Assembly (NCBI GenBank): GCA_963735035.1
Contig: CAVTJJ010000005.1
Span: 1-64,000, forward strand
Length of the DNA stretch: 64,000 nt
Reading direction: 5' to 3'
DNA from: an uncultured candidate division Zixibacteria bacterium
GTDB taxonomy: Bacteria > Zixibacteria > MSB-5A5 > GN15 > FEB-12
This document shows positions 54,026-64,000 of the stretch, in pieces. The notes beneath the pieces are model-generated. The model was given only the letters and a program-made list of their open reading frames with translations, ran no database searches and was not told the origin of the DNA. The position numbers were made by a program, and so were the translations under genes. Positions within the stretch are counted from its first letter, which is position 1. Each line of letters opens with the position of its first letter.

Positions 54026-54325
54026 TTAGTAACGACGGCTGCCGCCGCCGCTGCCGCCACGATTACCGCCGCCACCGCCTTCGGTTTTCGGGCGCGCTTC
54101 GTTGACGTTCAACGTGCGACCGTTGAGGTCCTGACCGTTGAGGCCTTTGATGGCCGCAATCGCTTCAGTTTTTCCGGCCATTTCAATAAAGCCGAAGCCT
54201 CTTGATTCGCCGCTGAATTTGTCCTTCACGATGCTGGCGCTGGTGACTTCACCGTACGCACCAAACATCTGACGCAATTGATCTTCGGTCGCTTCAAACG
54301 ACAGATTGCCTACGTAGATATTCAT
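54026..54325 (-). CDS. RRM RNA-binding protein with Gly-rich tail
   Basis: IYVGNL (RNP2), RGFGFIEM (RNP1), L.VNEARP. Confidence 0.95.
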   Translation of the reverse strand: MNIYVGNLSFEATEDQLRQMFGAYGEVTSASIVKDKFSGESRGFGFIEMAGKTEAIAAIKGLNGQDLNGRTLNVNEARPKTEGGGGGNRGGSGGGSRRY

Positions 54326-54724
54326 TCTACACTCCATGTTCGTTTATCCGCGGGGAGCATCTCGTCCGTTAGGATTCGCGCTAGTCGCGATAAACCTGTT
54401 GTTGCGCAATATTGCGCTGCGGTTCCGAGATTGGGCTTATGAAGATTTGCGTGAAACAACAAAGTCTAGACAAGAGAACCAGGGAAACCAATCGTAACTA
54501 CTTACTATATCGGCGAAAGTTGAATAAGTCAATACATATTATCGACATTCAGGTACTATGTTTCGATCACACAAAGAGACCGATTCGAACCAAAAGAGCT
54601 TCATAGTGCGGGTTTATGGGCCGAAAGCGGCGTCGCGTGCTGTCGGGTGTCCCTGCCTGATGGCTGTTCGACAACGGTCCGTTCCGTCATTTCGCTCACT
54701 TCTCGTTATCCCCGTTCCCACAAA

Positions 54725-55050
54725 CGTCATTCCCGGCTTGACCGGGAATCCAAAGGTTGTCGCGAAGGACTACGTCCGTTGCGTCAGAGCCTGCCCCCGA
54801 CCAGATCGGGGGTCTTGCGCCGCCAAAGGCGGCGTGTGACCTGACGCGTGCAGATCGCAGCGAACCAAAATACGTCCCGAGTGACGCGACGTATTCTGCG
54901 GCCACGAGTGGTCATGGATGCCCGACGGAATCGGGCATGACGGCGAAGGGGCTACCCGGCATGTTGTCTCAGAGAACCGGCAGATGTGGACATCTGCCGG
55001 GCACTTTGTACGCAGGCGAAATCTAATCCCACCCGAAGGGTGGGGCACCC
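54725..55050. repeat. Short CGTC arm pair (54725-54752, 54915-54942) enclosing a GTCAG-family hairpin, followed by two other REP-like palindromes
   Basis: CGTCATTCCCGG-CTTGA-CCGGGAATCCA and reverse CGTCATGCCCGA-TTCCG-TCGGGCATCCA; 54778-54847; 54976-55004; 55028-55050. Confidence 0.82.
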
Positions 55051-55067
55051 AGCGAAGGATCGTCGGT

Positions 55068-56237
55068 TTACTTACCGGCGCGCCAGTCGGAGAGTTTCTT
55101 CTCGAACCAGATAGCGGTCGGGTCAAGTGCGAGAGATTCATTGGCCAGCTTGATTGCTTCGTCGGCTTTACCACGCGTGTAGCAGAGTTCGGCCAGCACC
55201 CGAAGATGCGCCGCGCGAAACTTGTCTTCAGTCGCTTTGTCGGTTGCCATGCGAATATAGCGCTCGGCCTCGTCAATATTGATGCCGCGTCGGAAACACC
55301 ATTCGCCGAAACGAAAATAGCGCGCCGGATCAGTCTCCCAGCCGTCGCCAAGTGCCAGCTTCTTGATCCGCAGCGCCTCGGTGGTATCGTTCAGAGAATG
55401 AAGTGCAAAGTCGGCCTGAAGATCGCGATTCACATCGATCTCGGCAGATTTCTTCGCTTGGGCGGTCGCGTCGATTCCAGCCTTCAGATATTTCGCAAGA
55501 CGGTTGGTATTGCCGGTCTTGCGGGCAACCTGCGCCATCGTTTGTCCCATCTCGCCAAAGTAGTACCGAGTGCCTTCGGGATTGGCGAGCATGTCATCCG
55601 CCGCCGCAGTCAGACTATCGAACGGCAGCATGTCGCTCCAGACCGCCTCCGCAGTCAGCGAAAAGACACGGTAGTACAGATTGACGCCTGTCTGCAAGGT
55701 CTGTAGTTGGCGCAAGTACGACAGGGCCTTCACGTACTCACGGGAATCCGCATAGTAGTTGGCGAGAAACTGCACGTCGGCATCGCTCGGGGCGTTCTGA
55801 CACTTGATCACCCGCTGATCAATCGTCATCCGATCGGCCAGGGCTTTATCCAACAACGTCATGAAACGGTCCGAGCCGGTGTATCCGGTCCAGCGCGTGA
55901 TAACGTTTCCGGTCGAGTCGGTCAGGATGAATACCGGGAAGGACGTTCCGATGCGAAACGTTTCAGCCATCGCCGTACCTTCGCCCTGAAGAACACTAAT
56001 GCGATACAGCACGACCGCCTGCAGCTTGGCGATCAGTTCGGGGATTGAATCAAATTCGCGGGTCGCCTGCTGGCAATGGATGCAATCATCGTGATTGAAT
56101 TCCAGCAGGACCGGTTTGCCGGTCTGGACCGACAGAGCTTTGGCCTGCTCGAACGATTCGGCCTTTTCAGCCCGCACTGAGCAAGCAAGCAAGACGGTGA
56201 CAGTCGTTATCGCAGTAATGAACAGTCTGAATTTCAT
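55068..56237 (-). CDS. Exported thioredoxin-fold protein with TPR region
   Basis: Signal peptide; GKPVLLEF...CIHC; FP.F...D..G; helical repeats. Confidence 0.8.
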   Translation of the reverse strand: MKFRLFITAITTVTVLLACSVRAEKAESFEQAKALSVQTGKPVLLEFNHDDCIHCQQATREFDSIPELIAKLQAVVLYRISVLQGEGTAMAETFRIGTSFPVFILTDSTGNVITRWTGYTGSDRFMTLLDKALADRMTIDQRVIKCQNAPSDADVQFLANYYADSREYVKALSYLRQLQTLQTGVNLYYRVFSLTAEAVWSDMLPFDSLTAAADDMLANPEGTRYYFGEMGQTMAQVARKTGNTNRLAKYLKAGIDATAQAKKSAEIDVNRDLQADFALHSLNDTTEALRIKKLALGDGWETDPARYFRFGEWCFRRGINIDEAERYIRMATDKATEDKFRAAHLRVLAELCYTRGKADEAIKLANESLALDPTAIWFEKKLSDWRAGK

Positions 56238-56257
56238 AGATGATACCCGATTGTAGT

Positions 56258-57994
56258 CTAAGCTTGTTCAGCCTTCTGTATCTTCGCCCAGGTGTCGCGC
56301 AACGTAACGGTGCGGTTGAACACCGGTCGTCCGGGAGTCGAGTATTTCGTATCGACACAGAAATAACCCATTCTCTCAAATTGATACCGCACACCGGGCT
56401 GAGCGTTCCGAAGGCTGGACTCCAATTTGCACCCGGTCAATATTTGCAGTGAGTCGGGATTGATATAATCCGTGAACTGCTTGCCTTCTTCGACAGCCAT
56501 CGGATTTTCCTGGGTGAACAGATTGTTGTACAACCGGACTTCTGCTTCGATCGCATGCGGCGCGGATACCCAGTGCAAGGTCGCCTTTACTTTGCGACCA
56601 TCGGGGGAGTCGCCGCCCCGCGAGGCGGGATCGTAAGTGCAGCGAACTTCGACAACTTCGCCGGTCTTCGGGTCTTTGACCACCGACTCACACTTGATGA
56701 AATAGGCGTAGCGCAGGCGAACTTCTTTGCCGGGGGATAGACGATAGAACTTGTTCGCGGGAACCTCCATGAAATCTTCCCGCTCGATAAACAGCTCACG
56801 CGAGAACTGTACTTTTCTTGTCCCGGCGTTCGGGTCTTCAGGGTTGTTGACCGCGTCCATCGCTTCGACCTGACCTTCGGGATAGTTCGTTATGACTACC
56901 TTGAGCGGCTGCAAGACTGCCATCACGCGCAGTGAGGTCTTGTTCAGATCTTCGCGTACGGAATGTTCGAGCAGGGCGATGTCCACCATCGAGGCCCGTT
57001 TGGCCAGACCGATCGCCTCGGCGAAACGGCGTATAGCCGCCGGGGTGTACCCGCGCCGACGCATCCCACTGAGTGTGGACATGCGGGGATCGTCCCAACC
57101 GTCGACGATACCGTTTTCCACCATCTGCATCAGCAGCCGCTTGCTCATGACCGTGTAGGTCAAATTGAGCCGGGCAAATTCGATTTGTTGGGGATGGTGT
57201 ACGCCGAGCTGGTCGAGGAACCAGTCGTAGAGCGGTCGGTGATCCTCAAAGCCCAGGTCGCAAAACGAATGGGTGATCCCTTCAATCGAATCGGACACGC
57301 AATGCGTGTAATCGTACATCGGGTAGATGCACCACTTGTCGCCGGTTCGATGATGATGCGCGTGCAGGATGCGATACATGACCGAGTCGCGCATATTCAG
57401 ATTGGGGGAAGACATATCGATCTTGGCGCGAAGCGTCCGGGACCCGTCGGGGAACTCGCCTTTGCGCATGCGTTCGAACAGGTCGAGGTTTTCTTCGACC
57501 GAGCGGTCGCGGTCAGGGCTGTTTCGTCCCGGCTCTGTCAGGGTGCCACGATACTCGCGAATCTGATCGGCGCTAAGATCGCAGACGTATGCTTTGCCCA
57601 TCTTGATTAGACGGACGGCGTAGTCATACAACTTTTCGTAATAGTCTGAAGCGTAGAAAAGCTTGTCTTTCCAATCGTAACCCAACCAGCGGATGTCGCG
57701 CTGGATGCCGTCGACGTAACGGGTGTCTTCTTTGACCGGGTTGGTGTCGTCGAACCGAAGGTGATAGACGCCGCCGTACTGTTCGGCGATGCCGTAATCG
57801 ATCGTAATCGCCTTGGCGTGGCCTATATGAAGGAACCCGTTCGGTTCGGGAGGGAACCGGGTTACTACTTTACCGCCGTTCTTGCCGGCCTTGATGTCCG
57901 CCTCGACGATCTGGCGTATGAAATCGGTTGGGGTGGATGGACCGCCGGAACCGGTATCGTTCGATTTCTTGTCTTCGGGATCTTCTTTGCCCAT
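56258..57994 (-). CDS. glnS: Glutaminyl-tRNA synthetase
   Basis: [43 protein letters not shown]. Confidence 0.96.
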   Translation of the reverse strand: MGKEDPEDKKSNDTGSGGPSTPTDFIRQIVEADIKAGKNGGKVVTRFPPEPNGFLHIGHAKAITIDYGIAEQYGGVYHLRFDDTNPVKEDTRYVDGIQRDIRWLGYDWKDKLFYASDYYEKLYDYAVRLIKMGKAYVCDLSADQIREYRGTLTEPGRNSPDRDRSVEENLDLFERMRKGEFPDGSRTLRAKIDMSSPNLNMRDSVMYRILHAHHHRTGDKWCIYPMYDYTHCVSDSIEGITHSFCDLGFEDHRPLYDWFLDQLGVHHPQQIEFARLNLTYTVMSKRLLMQMVENGIVDGWDDPRMSTLSGMRRRGYTPAAIRRFAEAIGLAKRASMVDIALLEHSVREDLNKTSLRVMAVLQPLKVVITNYPEGQVEAMDAVNNPEDPNAGTRKVQFSRELFIEREDFMEVPANKFYRLSPGKEVRLRYAYFIKCESVVKDPKTGEVVEVRCTYDPASRGGDSPDGRKVKATLHWVSAPHAIEAEVRLYNNLFTQENPMAVEEGKQFTDYINPDSLQILTGCKLESSLRNAQPGVRYQFERMGYFCVDTKYSTPGRPVFNRTVTLRDTWAKIQKAEQA

Positions 57995-58144
57995 ATCTGC
58001 GCTTTCCAAAAGGTTATACACTGAGACTACGGGGGCCAATTAGAAGCCGGGACGGCGGATTCGCAACAAGAAAAGGCGGGACAGTGCAATGCGTCAGGTC
58101 ACACGACCCGTCCGCCAAGGAGCCTGTTGAGAGACCACTGAGTA

Positions 58145-58318
58145 TGTCATCGCGAGGCCCCGACTCGGTCGGGGCCGTGGCGATCTCAATTCCGTGGGCG
58201 GCACACGTCCTCGTGTGCCCCCGAGGGGCAGACCAGGAGGTCTGCCGCCCACTTCACTTTGAGATTGCCGCGCTACGATGACCCGCCTTACGTCGGGTCG
58301 TCTCCGCTCGCAATGACG
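58145..58318. repeat. Paired-arm CGTC-type element with cassette (58194-58252)
   Basis: Same arm order as 53734; cassette nearly identical. Confidence 0.88.
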
Positions 58319-58470
58319 GGGAAAGGGTCTTCTTGGCGGCGCTGTTTTACCTTTCTTGCCGGACCGAGCGGCGGCTATATTCGCGGCGAATCCGGCCGCC
58401 AAGGGATATCGATTGGAACCCGATGGCAGTCGACGAAACCGATCGCTGTTTATGGAGGAATCTGGCTTTT

Positions 58471-59553
58471 ATGAATCGACAGACTCATCGCATTTCGCAG
58501 AAAGCGGGTCTGAGCCCCGGCAGCGCGGTCTATGTCGGTCCGGACCGGACCGGCAAGGTCAACATTGACGTTATCGATTACGATGCCACCAGCCTGACTG
58601 AAAAGCGGGTCGGGGGGCCATCGGATTGCGCTCCTTTTCGCGAAACGACGACAGTAACCTGGATCAATGTCGATGGACTTCACGAACCGGCGGTGGTCGA
58701 GGGGCTGGGCAAGATTTTCGGGATTCATCCGTTGCATGTCGAAGACATCGTCAACAGCGGTGGTCGCCCCAAGGCTGATGACACGCCGGACTATGTCTTT
58801 GTCGTGCTCAAGATGTTGTACGGGAACCCGGAAACCGGCGAGCTGGTGGTCGAGCATGTCAGCGTGGCGTTTGGTCGTAACTGGGTGCTGACTTTTCAGG
58901 AGCCAGGACGCGATGTGTTCGATTCCGTGCGGCAGCGTATCCGCAAGACCGATCCGAGAGGACGTCTGCTCTCTACCGACTATCTCGCGTATTCATTGAT
59001 CGACGCCGTGGTGGACAATTATTTTATCGTCTTAGAAGATGTGGGGGAGGCAATTGGGAAGCTGGAGGACGAGATTGCCCTCCAACCCAAGACGGAAAGT
59101 CTGGCGGCCATCCGGGAATTGAGGAAGAAACTCATACTTCTACGCAAAGCGGTCTGGCCTTTGCGTGAAGTTATCGGCAGCCTTGAGCGGATGGAAACGG
59201 AGTTGATTCATCCGGCCACGGAACCTTACCTGCGCGATCTGTACGAGCATTCGGTTCAGGTCATCGATTCGGTGGAGACCTATCGCGATATGATGGCGAC
59301 CATGCTCGATCTGTATCATACTGCTGTGAGCAATCGTCTCAACGAGATTATGAAGATGCTCACGATCATCGCTACCATTTTCATTCCCCTCGGTTTTCTG
59401 GCTGGAGTCTACGGGATGAATTTCGACACCGGCGCCGGCCCGCTCAATATGCCCGAGTTGCGCTGGAAGTACGGCTACCTGTTGTTCTGGGGCATGGCGT
59501 CCTGTGTGGGCGGCGGGTTGCTGCTGTTCTTCCGTCGGAAGAAGTGGCTCTGA
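58471..59553 (+). CDS. corA: Magnesium/cobalt transporter
   Basis: WIN.DG, HPL..EDI, YLRDLY.H, YGMNF, MPEL.W.YGY. Confidence 0.95.
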   Translation: MNRQTHRISQKAGLSPGSAVYVGPDRTGKVNIDVIDYDATSLTEKRVGGPSDCAPFRETTTVTWINVDGLHEPAVVEGLGKIFGIHPLHVEDIVNSGGRPKADDTPDYVFVVLKMLYGNPETGELVVEHVSVAFGRNWVLTFQEPGRDVFDSVRQRIRKTDPRGRLLSTDYLAYSLIDAVVDNYFIVLEDVGEAIGKLEDEIALQPKTESLAAIRELRKKLILLRKAVWPLREVIGSLERMETELIHPATEPYLRDLYEHSVQVIDSVETYRDMMATMLDLYHTAVSNRLNEIMKMLTIIATIFIPLGFLAGVYGMNFDTGAGPLNMPELRWKYGYLLFWGMASCVGGGLLLFFRRKKWL

Positions 59554-59559
59554 TGTACT

Positions 59560-60492
59560 ATGAAGAAACGTGTCGCATCTGTAAGTAACGTCACGCTCGC
59601 GACCACTGAGGAATATCTCCGTAAGTTGGGGCGCTGGGTATGGTACTATATCGGTGGGCTAAGCCATCGTATGGGCGAGCATCACGCCTTCCTGATGGCC
59701 GGCGGACTGGCTTTTTCGCTCTTTGTGTGTGCTGTACCGCTGGTTTTGGTGGTTTTCTCCGTATCGAGCGGGCTCTTTGCGCGACCCGCGGTAACCGCCG
59801 AGATTCAACAGATGGTTGACCGGCTCGTACCGTATCCGGAATATGCGGTTTCGGTAAAAGCGTTCATTGTCGAACGTCTGACGGCCATGGCTGATGTCAA
59901 GCAAGTGGCCGGGATTGTCGGTGTGGTCGGTTTGCTGGTAGCAGCGAGCGGTCTTTTCAGCAGTCTCAGGACAATTCTCAAAGCGATATTCAGGCCTGAA
60001 AAGAGGGAATGGGTGCTTATCGGCAAGCTGTGGGATCTCGGGCTGGTTGTGGTCGCGCTCAGTTTCTTTGTGCTGCTCATTGTGGCGCTGCCGACCTGGG
60101 AGGCAGCATTTCAACTGGCGCGAAACACGGGATGGCTGAATCAGCTGCCTTCCGCCCTGACACGCGGCTTCAGCATGTGGTTGATCTCGTTGGTCACGCT
60201 GTTCGTAGCGTTCTCGGGTATCTATTGGCTGGTGCCGGTGCGAAAGCCGACTCGACGGGCGGTGCTGACCGGGGCGCTCTGGGGGGCGGTCCTTTGGCTG
60301 CTGGCCAAAGAGGCGTTTGGTTATTACATCGCCCACATGGCCACGCTCAAGCAGGTGTACGGAGTGTATACGTTCCTGATCGTCGCGGCGTTCTGGGTTT
60401 ATTATTCCGCGCTGGCTTTGATAGTTGGGGCGGAGATAGGGCAGCTTTCATCCGAGCGGCACAAGACGCGAGCCCAGCACAAGAAGGAATAG
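59560..60492 (+). CDS. YihY/BrkB family membrane protein
   Basis: A..LAF..F....P; YG......W.YY.....GAE. Confidence 0.88.
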   Translation: MKKRVASVSNVTLATTEEYLRKLGRWVWYYIGGLSHRMGEHHAFLMAGGLAFSLFVCAVPLVLVVFSVSSGLFARPAVTAEIQQMVDRLVPYPEYAVSVKAFIVERLTAMADVKQVAGIVGVVGLLVAASGLFSSLRTILKAIFRPEKREWVLIGKLWDLGLVVVALSFFVLLIVALPTWEAAFQLARNTGWLNQLPSALTRGFSMWLISLVTLFVAFSGIYWLVPVRKPTRRAVLTGALWGAVLWLLAKEAFGYYIAHMATLKQVYGVYTFLIVAAFWVYYSALALIVGAEIGQLSSERHKTRAQHKKE

Positions 60493-60511
60493 TTGAATAA
60501 GTCTGTCCAAT

Positions 60512-60642
60512 CGTCATTGCGAGCGGAGATGGCTCGCCGTCAGGCGTGACATCGTAGCGCGGCAATCTCAAGCTTGTTGTGGTAGCGTCATTTGAGATCG
60601 CCACGTCTCGCCCGCGAAGCGCGGTCGAGACTCGCGATGACG
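60512..60642. repeat. Paired-arm CGTC-type element without cassette
   Basis: Near reverse complement of 24441-24571. Confidence 0.88.
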
Positions 60643-60688
60643 AGGTAGGAACTTCTTCAACACTCCCAAGAAGGCGTAGGCTGGCGGA

Positions 60689-61042
60689 TCAGGCTTCGGG
60701 GTCGTCGGTTTCGAGATAGACGATGTCGAGTTCGTACCCCTGCTCGATCACCGGCTTGCAGGTGTGGCAGGCGGGGCAGATGAAATCAGGCTGATCGACT
60801 GTCCACCGGTGGCCGCACATTTCGCACCGAACGGCGGCGGGCACCCACTCGATTACCAAACGAACTCCGTCCATGGGCGTATCTTTGCAGACGCACGTGA
60901 AACCGAAGGTCAGGGCGTCGGGGTCGACCGCGCTGAGGGCGCCTATGCGGACTCCGACGGCGCGAAGGTTCTCGAGGTGTTGTCGAGTAATCTCGGCCTG
61001 AACGCGTTCGACGATTTCGGTGGCGATGCCTAGTTCGTGCAT
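60689..61042 (-). CDS. hypA: Hydrogenase maturation nickel chaperone HypA/HybF
   Basis: MHEL.IA, CEMC...CPAC, G.EL. Confidence 0.92.
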   Translation of the reverse strand: MHELGIATEIVERVQAEITRQHLENLRAVGVRIGALSAVDPDALTFGFTCVCKDTPMDGVRLVIEWVPAAVRCEMCGHRWTVDQPDFICPACHTCKPVIEQGYELDIVYLETDDPEA

Positions 61043-61232
61043 AAAGTACCCGTATGAGTACCTGATAACACACGGGTGGAGGGATGTCAAGGGGGGCGGT
61101 GGGTAGGGCGGTTCCGCCTTCTCGGGTGGCCCACCATTTATGGTGGGGGATACTTAATAGTTGTCACCCTGAAGGCTTGTTGAAAGAGTCTATGTTGGCT
61201 CAATTCGTGGCCTTACGCTCGTGACGGCGAAT

Positions 61233-61309
61233 TCCTAACTCGCTGCAACGCGTCAGGTCACACGCCGCCTTTGGCGTCGCAAGACCTGACGCAACAACAT
61301 TCGGGAAGT
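61233..61309. repeat. GTCAG-family hairpin with conserved flanks
   Basis: Matches 20705-20780 including CTAA...GCTGCAAC and CAAC.ACATTCGGGA.GT flanks. Confidence 0.8.
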
Positions 61310-61346
61310 CCTTCAACTTGCCCTAAGTGTCGGGCCACCCATCTTC

Positions 61347-62705
61347 TCACCGCTGCTCCACCGAGTATGTTATCAACCGCGCGCTGCGGTTGCGGGTGAA
61401 ATAGTTCCAGGCCCACTGGATGAACACCAGCAGTCGGTTGTCGAACTCCACCAAATACATCAGGTGAACGAACAACCACAAGAGCCAGGCCGGATAGCCG
61501 GTCATGCGCATCCAGCCAAAATCGGCCACCGCCGAGGCGCGCCCGATCACCGCCAGATTCCCTCGATTGCGATAATGATATGTCGGCGTCGTCTTACTCT
61601 GTATACGATTGTCAATCAGGTGAGCCACGTACCGCCCTTCCGACATCGCTACCGGCGCCACACCGGGCAACGGACTGCCGGTCTGATGACTGAAATTGGC
61701 AAGGTCGCCGATCACAAATATCTCTGGGTGGCCCGGCAGGCTGAGGTCCGGCTCGACTAAGATGCGGCCGGATTTGTCGAGGCTGGCGGCGTTGTTGTCG
61801 GCGAGAAGGCGACCCAGAGGCGACGGTCTTACGCCCGCGCTCCAGATGACAGTGGCGGAATCGATACGGGATTGGTCTGAGCCAGTCCGCACCGTGGCCC
61901 CGGTTGGGTTAATATCTGTCACTAAACATGACGTCCGAATTTCGACACCCAGCCGCGTCAGGTCACGAGCCGCCGACTGCGCGAGCTTTTCAGGGAAGGC
62001 GGGCAGAATTCTCGGACCGCCTTCTAAAATGACAATGCGCGCTTCGGCCGGATCAATCGAGCGGAAATCCCGTTTGAGCGTGATGTGGGCGATCTCACCC
62101 ATAGCGCCGGCCAGCTCGACTCCGGTCGGACCGCCGCCTACGACCAGAAAGGTCAGCAGGCGACGCCGTGCTTCGGGATCGGCGGTAATTTCGGCCTCTT
62201 CAAAGGCCTGGTACAGGCGGGCGCGAATCCTGACCGCATCCTCGATCCCTTTGAGGCCGGGCGCAAACGGCTGCCACGAGTCGTGTCCGAAGTAGTGATT
62301 TTCGGTCCCGGCCGAGACTATTAGACTGTCGTATGGAATGCGGCGTTGCGCTAAGACTACCTCGCGATTCTCGCGGTCGATCCCGATAACCTCGCCCAGC
62401 ACGACTGTCGCATTCTTCTGACGGCTTAGCACCCCGCGCAACGGCGACGCTATATCGCCGGGGGAGAGGCCGCCGGTAGCAACCTGGTACAGAAGCGGCT
62501 GGAAGAGGTGGAAATTGCGACGGTCGATCAAAGTCACGTGAACCGGCGCACGACGAAGCGATTTGGCCGCATACAGGCCGCCGAACCCGCCGCCGATTAT
62601 GACCACCCGGTGTGGGGCAGTCTCGGATCGAGGGTGGCTGTCTCTACCGGTTGAAACAGTCTCATACGTTCCAGAAGTTGAATTGTCTTCCAAAGTAGCT
62701 CTCAT
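61347..62705 (-). CDS. ndh: Type II NADH dehydrogenase-like FAD oxidoreductase
   Basis: VVIIGGGFGG, FQPLLYQVATG, VVGGGPTGVE.AG, IFVIGD. Confidence 0.9.
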   Translation of the reverse strand: MRATLEDNSTSGTYETVSTGRDSHPRSETAPHRVVIIGGGFGGLYAAKSLRRAPVHVTLIDRRNFHLFQPLLYQVATGGLSPGDIASPLRGVLSRQKNATVVLGEVIGIDRENREVVLAQRRIPYDSLIVSAGTENHYFGHDSWQPFAPGLKGIEDAVRIRARLYQAFEEAEITADPEARRRLLTFLVVGGGPTGVELAGAMGEIAHITLKRDFRSIDPAEARIVILEGGPRILPAFPEKLAQSAARDLTRLGVEIRTSCLVTDINPTGATVRTGSDQSRIDSATVIWSAGVRPSPLGRLLADNNAASLDKSGRILVEPDLSLPGHPEIFVIGDLANFSHQTGSPLPGVAPVAMSEGRYVAHLIDNRIQSKTTPTYHYRNRGNLAVIGRASAVADFGWMRMTGYPAWLLWLFVHLMYLVEFDNRLLVFIQWAWNYFTRNRSARLITYSVEQR

Positions 62706-62872
62706 TTCAGCAACCTGCCGTCTACGTCTGCGCCATCATGCTGTGTAACAGTGGCGAGATTCATCTGTTCGCGGAATCTGTCCATGATGTGGATCGCCCC
62801 GTCGCAAAACTATGCTTGATATGATAAGTGGTTCTGAGTAGAATGACCGGTACGCTTTGGAAAGGGGATCAA

Positions 62873-63259
62873 ATGCATTACGTCTTTACATTTACCACGT
62901 CGAAGTTTGATGTTACTAAAGAGGATGAGAACCCGATCAATCCTATTTACGGTCAGTCTCTGCTGCTGTGGCTCAAAGAACGAGTTGGGGATGCCGTTGA
63001 GATTGGCAAGCCGGAAACCGAGGACTGGGGTTGGTATGTTGACATCAAGTGGAAGGGTCGGAACTACATGCTGGGTGCGAGCACGCAAGATGAGGACATA
63101 GTGAATGGAGAATACTACTGGTTCTTCCAAATACACTATCATCGCTCGCTCAAGAATTGGTTCCTGGGTCGCGGAAAAGGCCCGGAAGACGAATGCGTTC
63201 AGTTCTTCAAGTCAGTTCTTGAGGGCGAGCCGGAGTTCCATGACGTGAGTCTGGAGTAG
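62873..63259 (+). CDS. Hypothetical protein
   Basis: AAGGGG RBS; EDWGW motif; compact ORF. Confidence 0.65.
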   Translation: MHYVFTFTTSKFDVTKEDENPINPIYGQSLLLWLKERVGDAVEIGKPETEDWGWYVDIKWKGRNYMLGASTQDEDIVNGEYYWFFQIHYHRSLKNWFLGRGKGPEDECVQFFKSVLEGEPEFHDVSLE

Positions 63260-63401
63260 AACCGGGGCGTCACATCCTGCTTGCTCTAGCCAACAATAAT
63301 GGGTATGTTGATAGACAAAGGCTGGTATCAGCGATTGAAAGCCCAATTCCGCGCGGATGTCTATCATTTGACGTCTACGCCCAAGGGAAAGGACCACTGA
63401 T

Positions 63402-64000
63402 ATGCTCAAGAAGATCCTGCTGGCTATCGCCACACTAATCGTAGTCGTACTCGTGACCGCCTATTTCGTCCGCAATGTGCTGGTCAAGAAAGCGGTCGAG
63501 AAGGGTTCCACTTACGCCCTCGGTGTCGAAACCGATCTCGGTTCGGCCAATCTAGCCATCACCGGCGGCAGTCTCGAACTCAGCGACCTCAAGATTACTA
63601 ATCCAAAGGGTTTTTCCGCCACGGATTTCCTCACGTTACGTCGGGGCATGTTCAGTGTGGACGCCGGGTCAGTACTGGACGACGAAGTCGTGGTGGATTC
63701 GTTCATCATCGAAGGGATCACGCTGAATCTCGAACAGTCCGACCGAAAAGGGAATTTCCAGGAGTTGATGAACAACATCAAACGTCTGGATATGACCTCG
63801 TCCGGGCAATCTCAGAAATTCCGCATCGGTCTGATCGCAGTGCGGGACGTCAATGTCAACGGCTCGCTTAGCATACTCGGAAAGAAGTCCGAGAAATCGT
63901 TCAAGCTCGACAATTTTGCTCTGCGCGATGTTGGAAGCAGCAGTGGCGCGACGATCAGTCAGGTTACTTCGACTGTCGTGAAGGCGCTTGTCGCAAAAGC
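63402..64000 (+). CDS. AsmA-like protein, runs off the window end
   Basis: AGGA RBS; N-terminal TM anchor MLKKILLAI; L.I.NPKGF motif; no stop seen before 64000. Confidence 0.65.
   Translation, partial: MLKKILLAIATLIVVVLVTAYFVRNVLVKKAVEKGSTYALGVETDLGSANLAITGGSLELSDLKITNPKGFSATDFLTLRRGMFSVDAGSVLDDEVVVDSFIIEGITLNLEQSDRKGNFQELMNNIKRLDMTSSGQSQKFRIGLIAVRDVNVNGSLSILGKKSEKSFKLDNFALRDVGSSSGATISQVTSTVVKALVAK

Noticed and set aside
60689..61042. Hydrogenase gene cluster
   Set aside because: hypA stands alone here; no other hyp or hydrogenase genes in the window.

Overview
The window looks like two unrelated DNAs joined near position 2086. Bases 1-2085 are very GC-rich and actinobacterial in style. They carry a lipoprotein cytochrome c, a Cof-type HAD hydrolase and a serS cut off mid-gene. 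Bases 2087-64000 have clearly lower GC (judged by eye) and resemble an anaerobe related to the FCB group. Candidatus Zixibacteria is my inference from the dockerin-like secreted proteins and the large proteins with a T9SS/FlgD-like tail. This part is mostly housekeeping and envelope genes: tRNA-Gly, -Cys and -Phe, hisS, glnS, a cysK-family gene, mtnN, a ROK kinase, two ECF sigma/anti-sigma pairs, a HutH-like lyase, M1/M16/M29 peptidases, cheW, corA, hypA and ndh. Several genes are split by small indels that are probably read or consensus errors. The most notable signal is non-coding. Intergenic spaces hold at least five palindromic repeat families. A small stand-alone GIY-YIG nuclease gene (31427-31711) is bracketed by 30-bp inverted palindromic repeats, with a 121-bp tandem expansion and a ladder of half-repeats on one side. 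These flanks share a YGTC-(A/T)T-stem...stem-ATC(C/T) architecture with several dispersed paired-arm elements. Some of those elements enclose a cargo cassette that occurs in both orientations. I propose this as a candidate nuclease-driven repeat or mobile-element system, analogous to RAYT/REP but with a GIY-YIG enzyme. Family names are from motif recognition only; no database searches were run.
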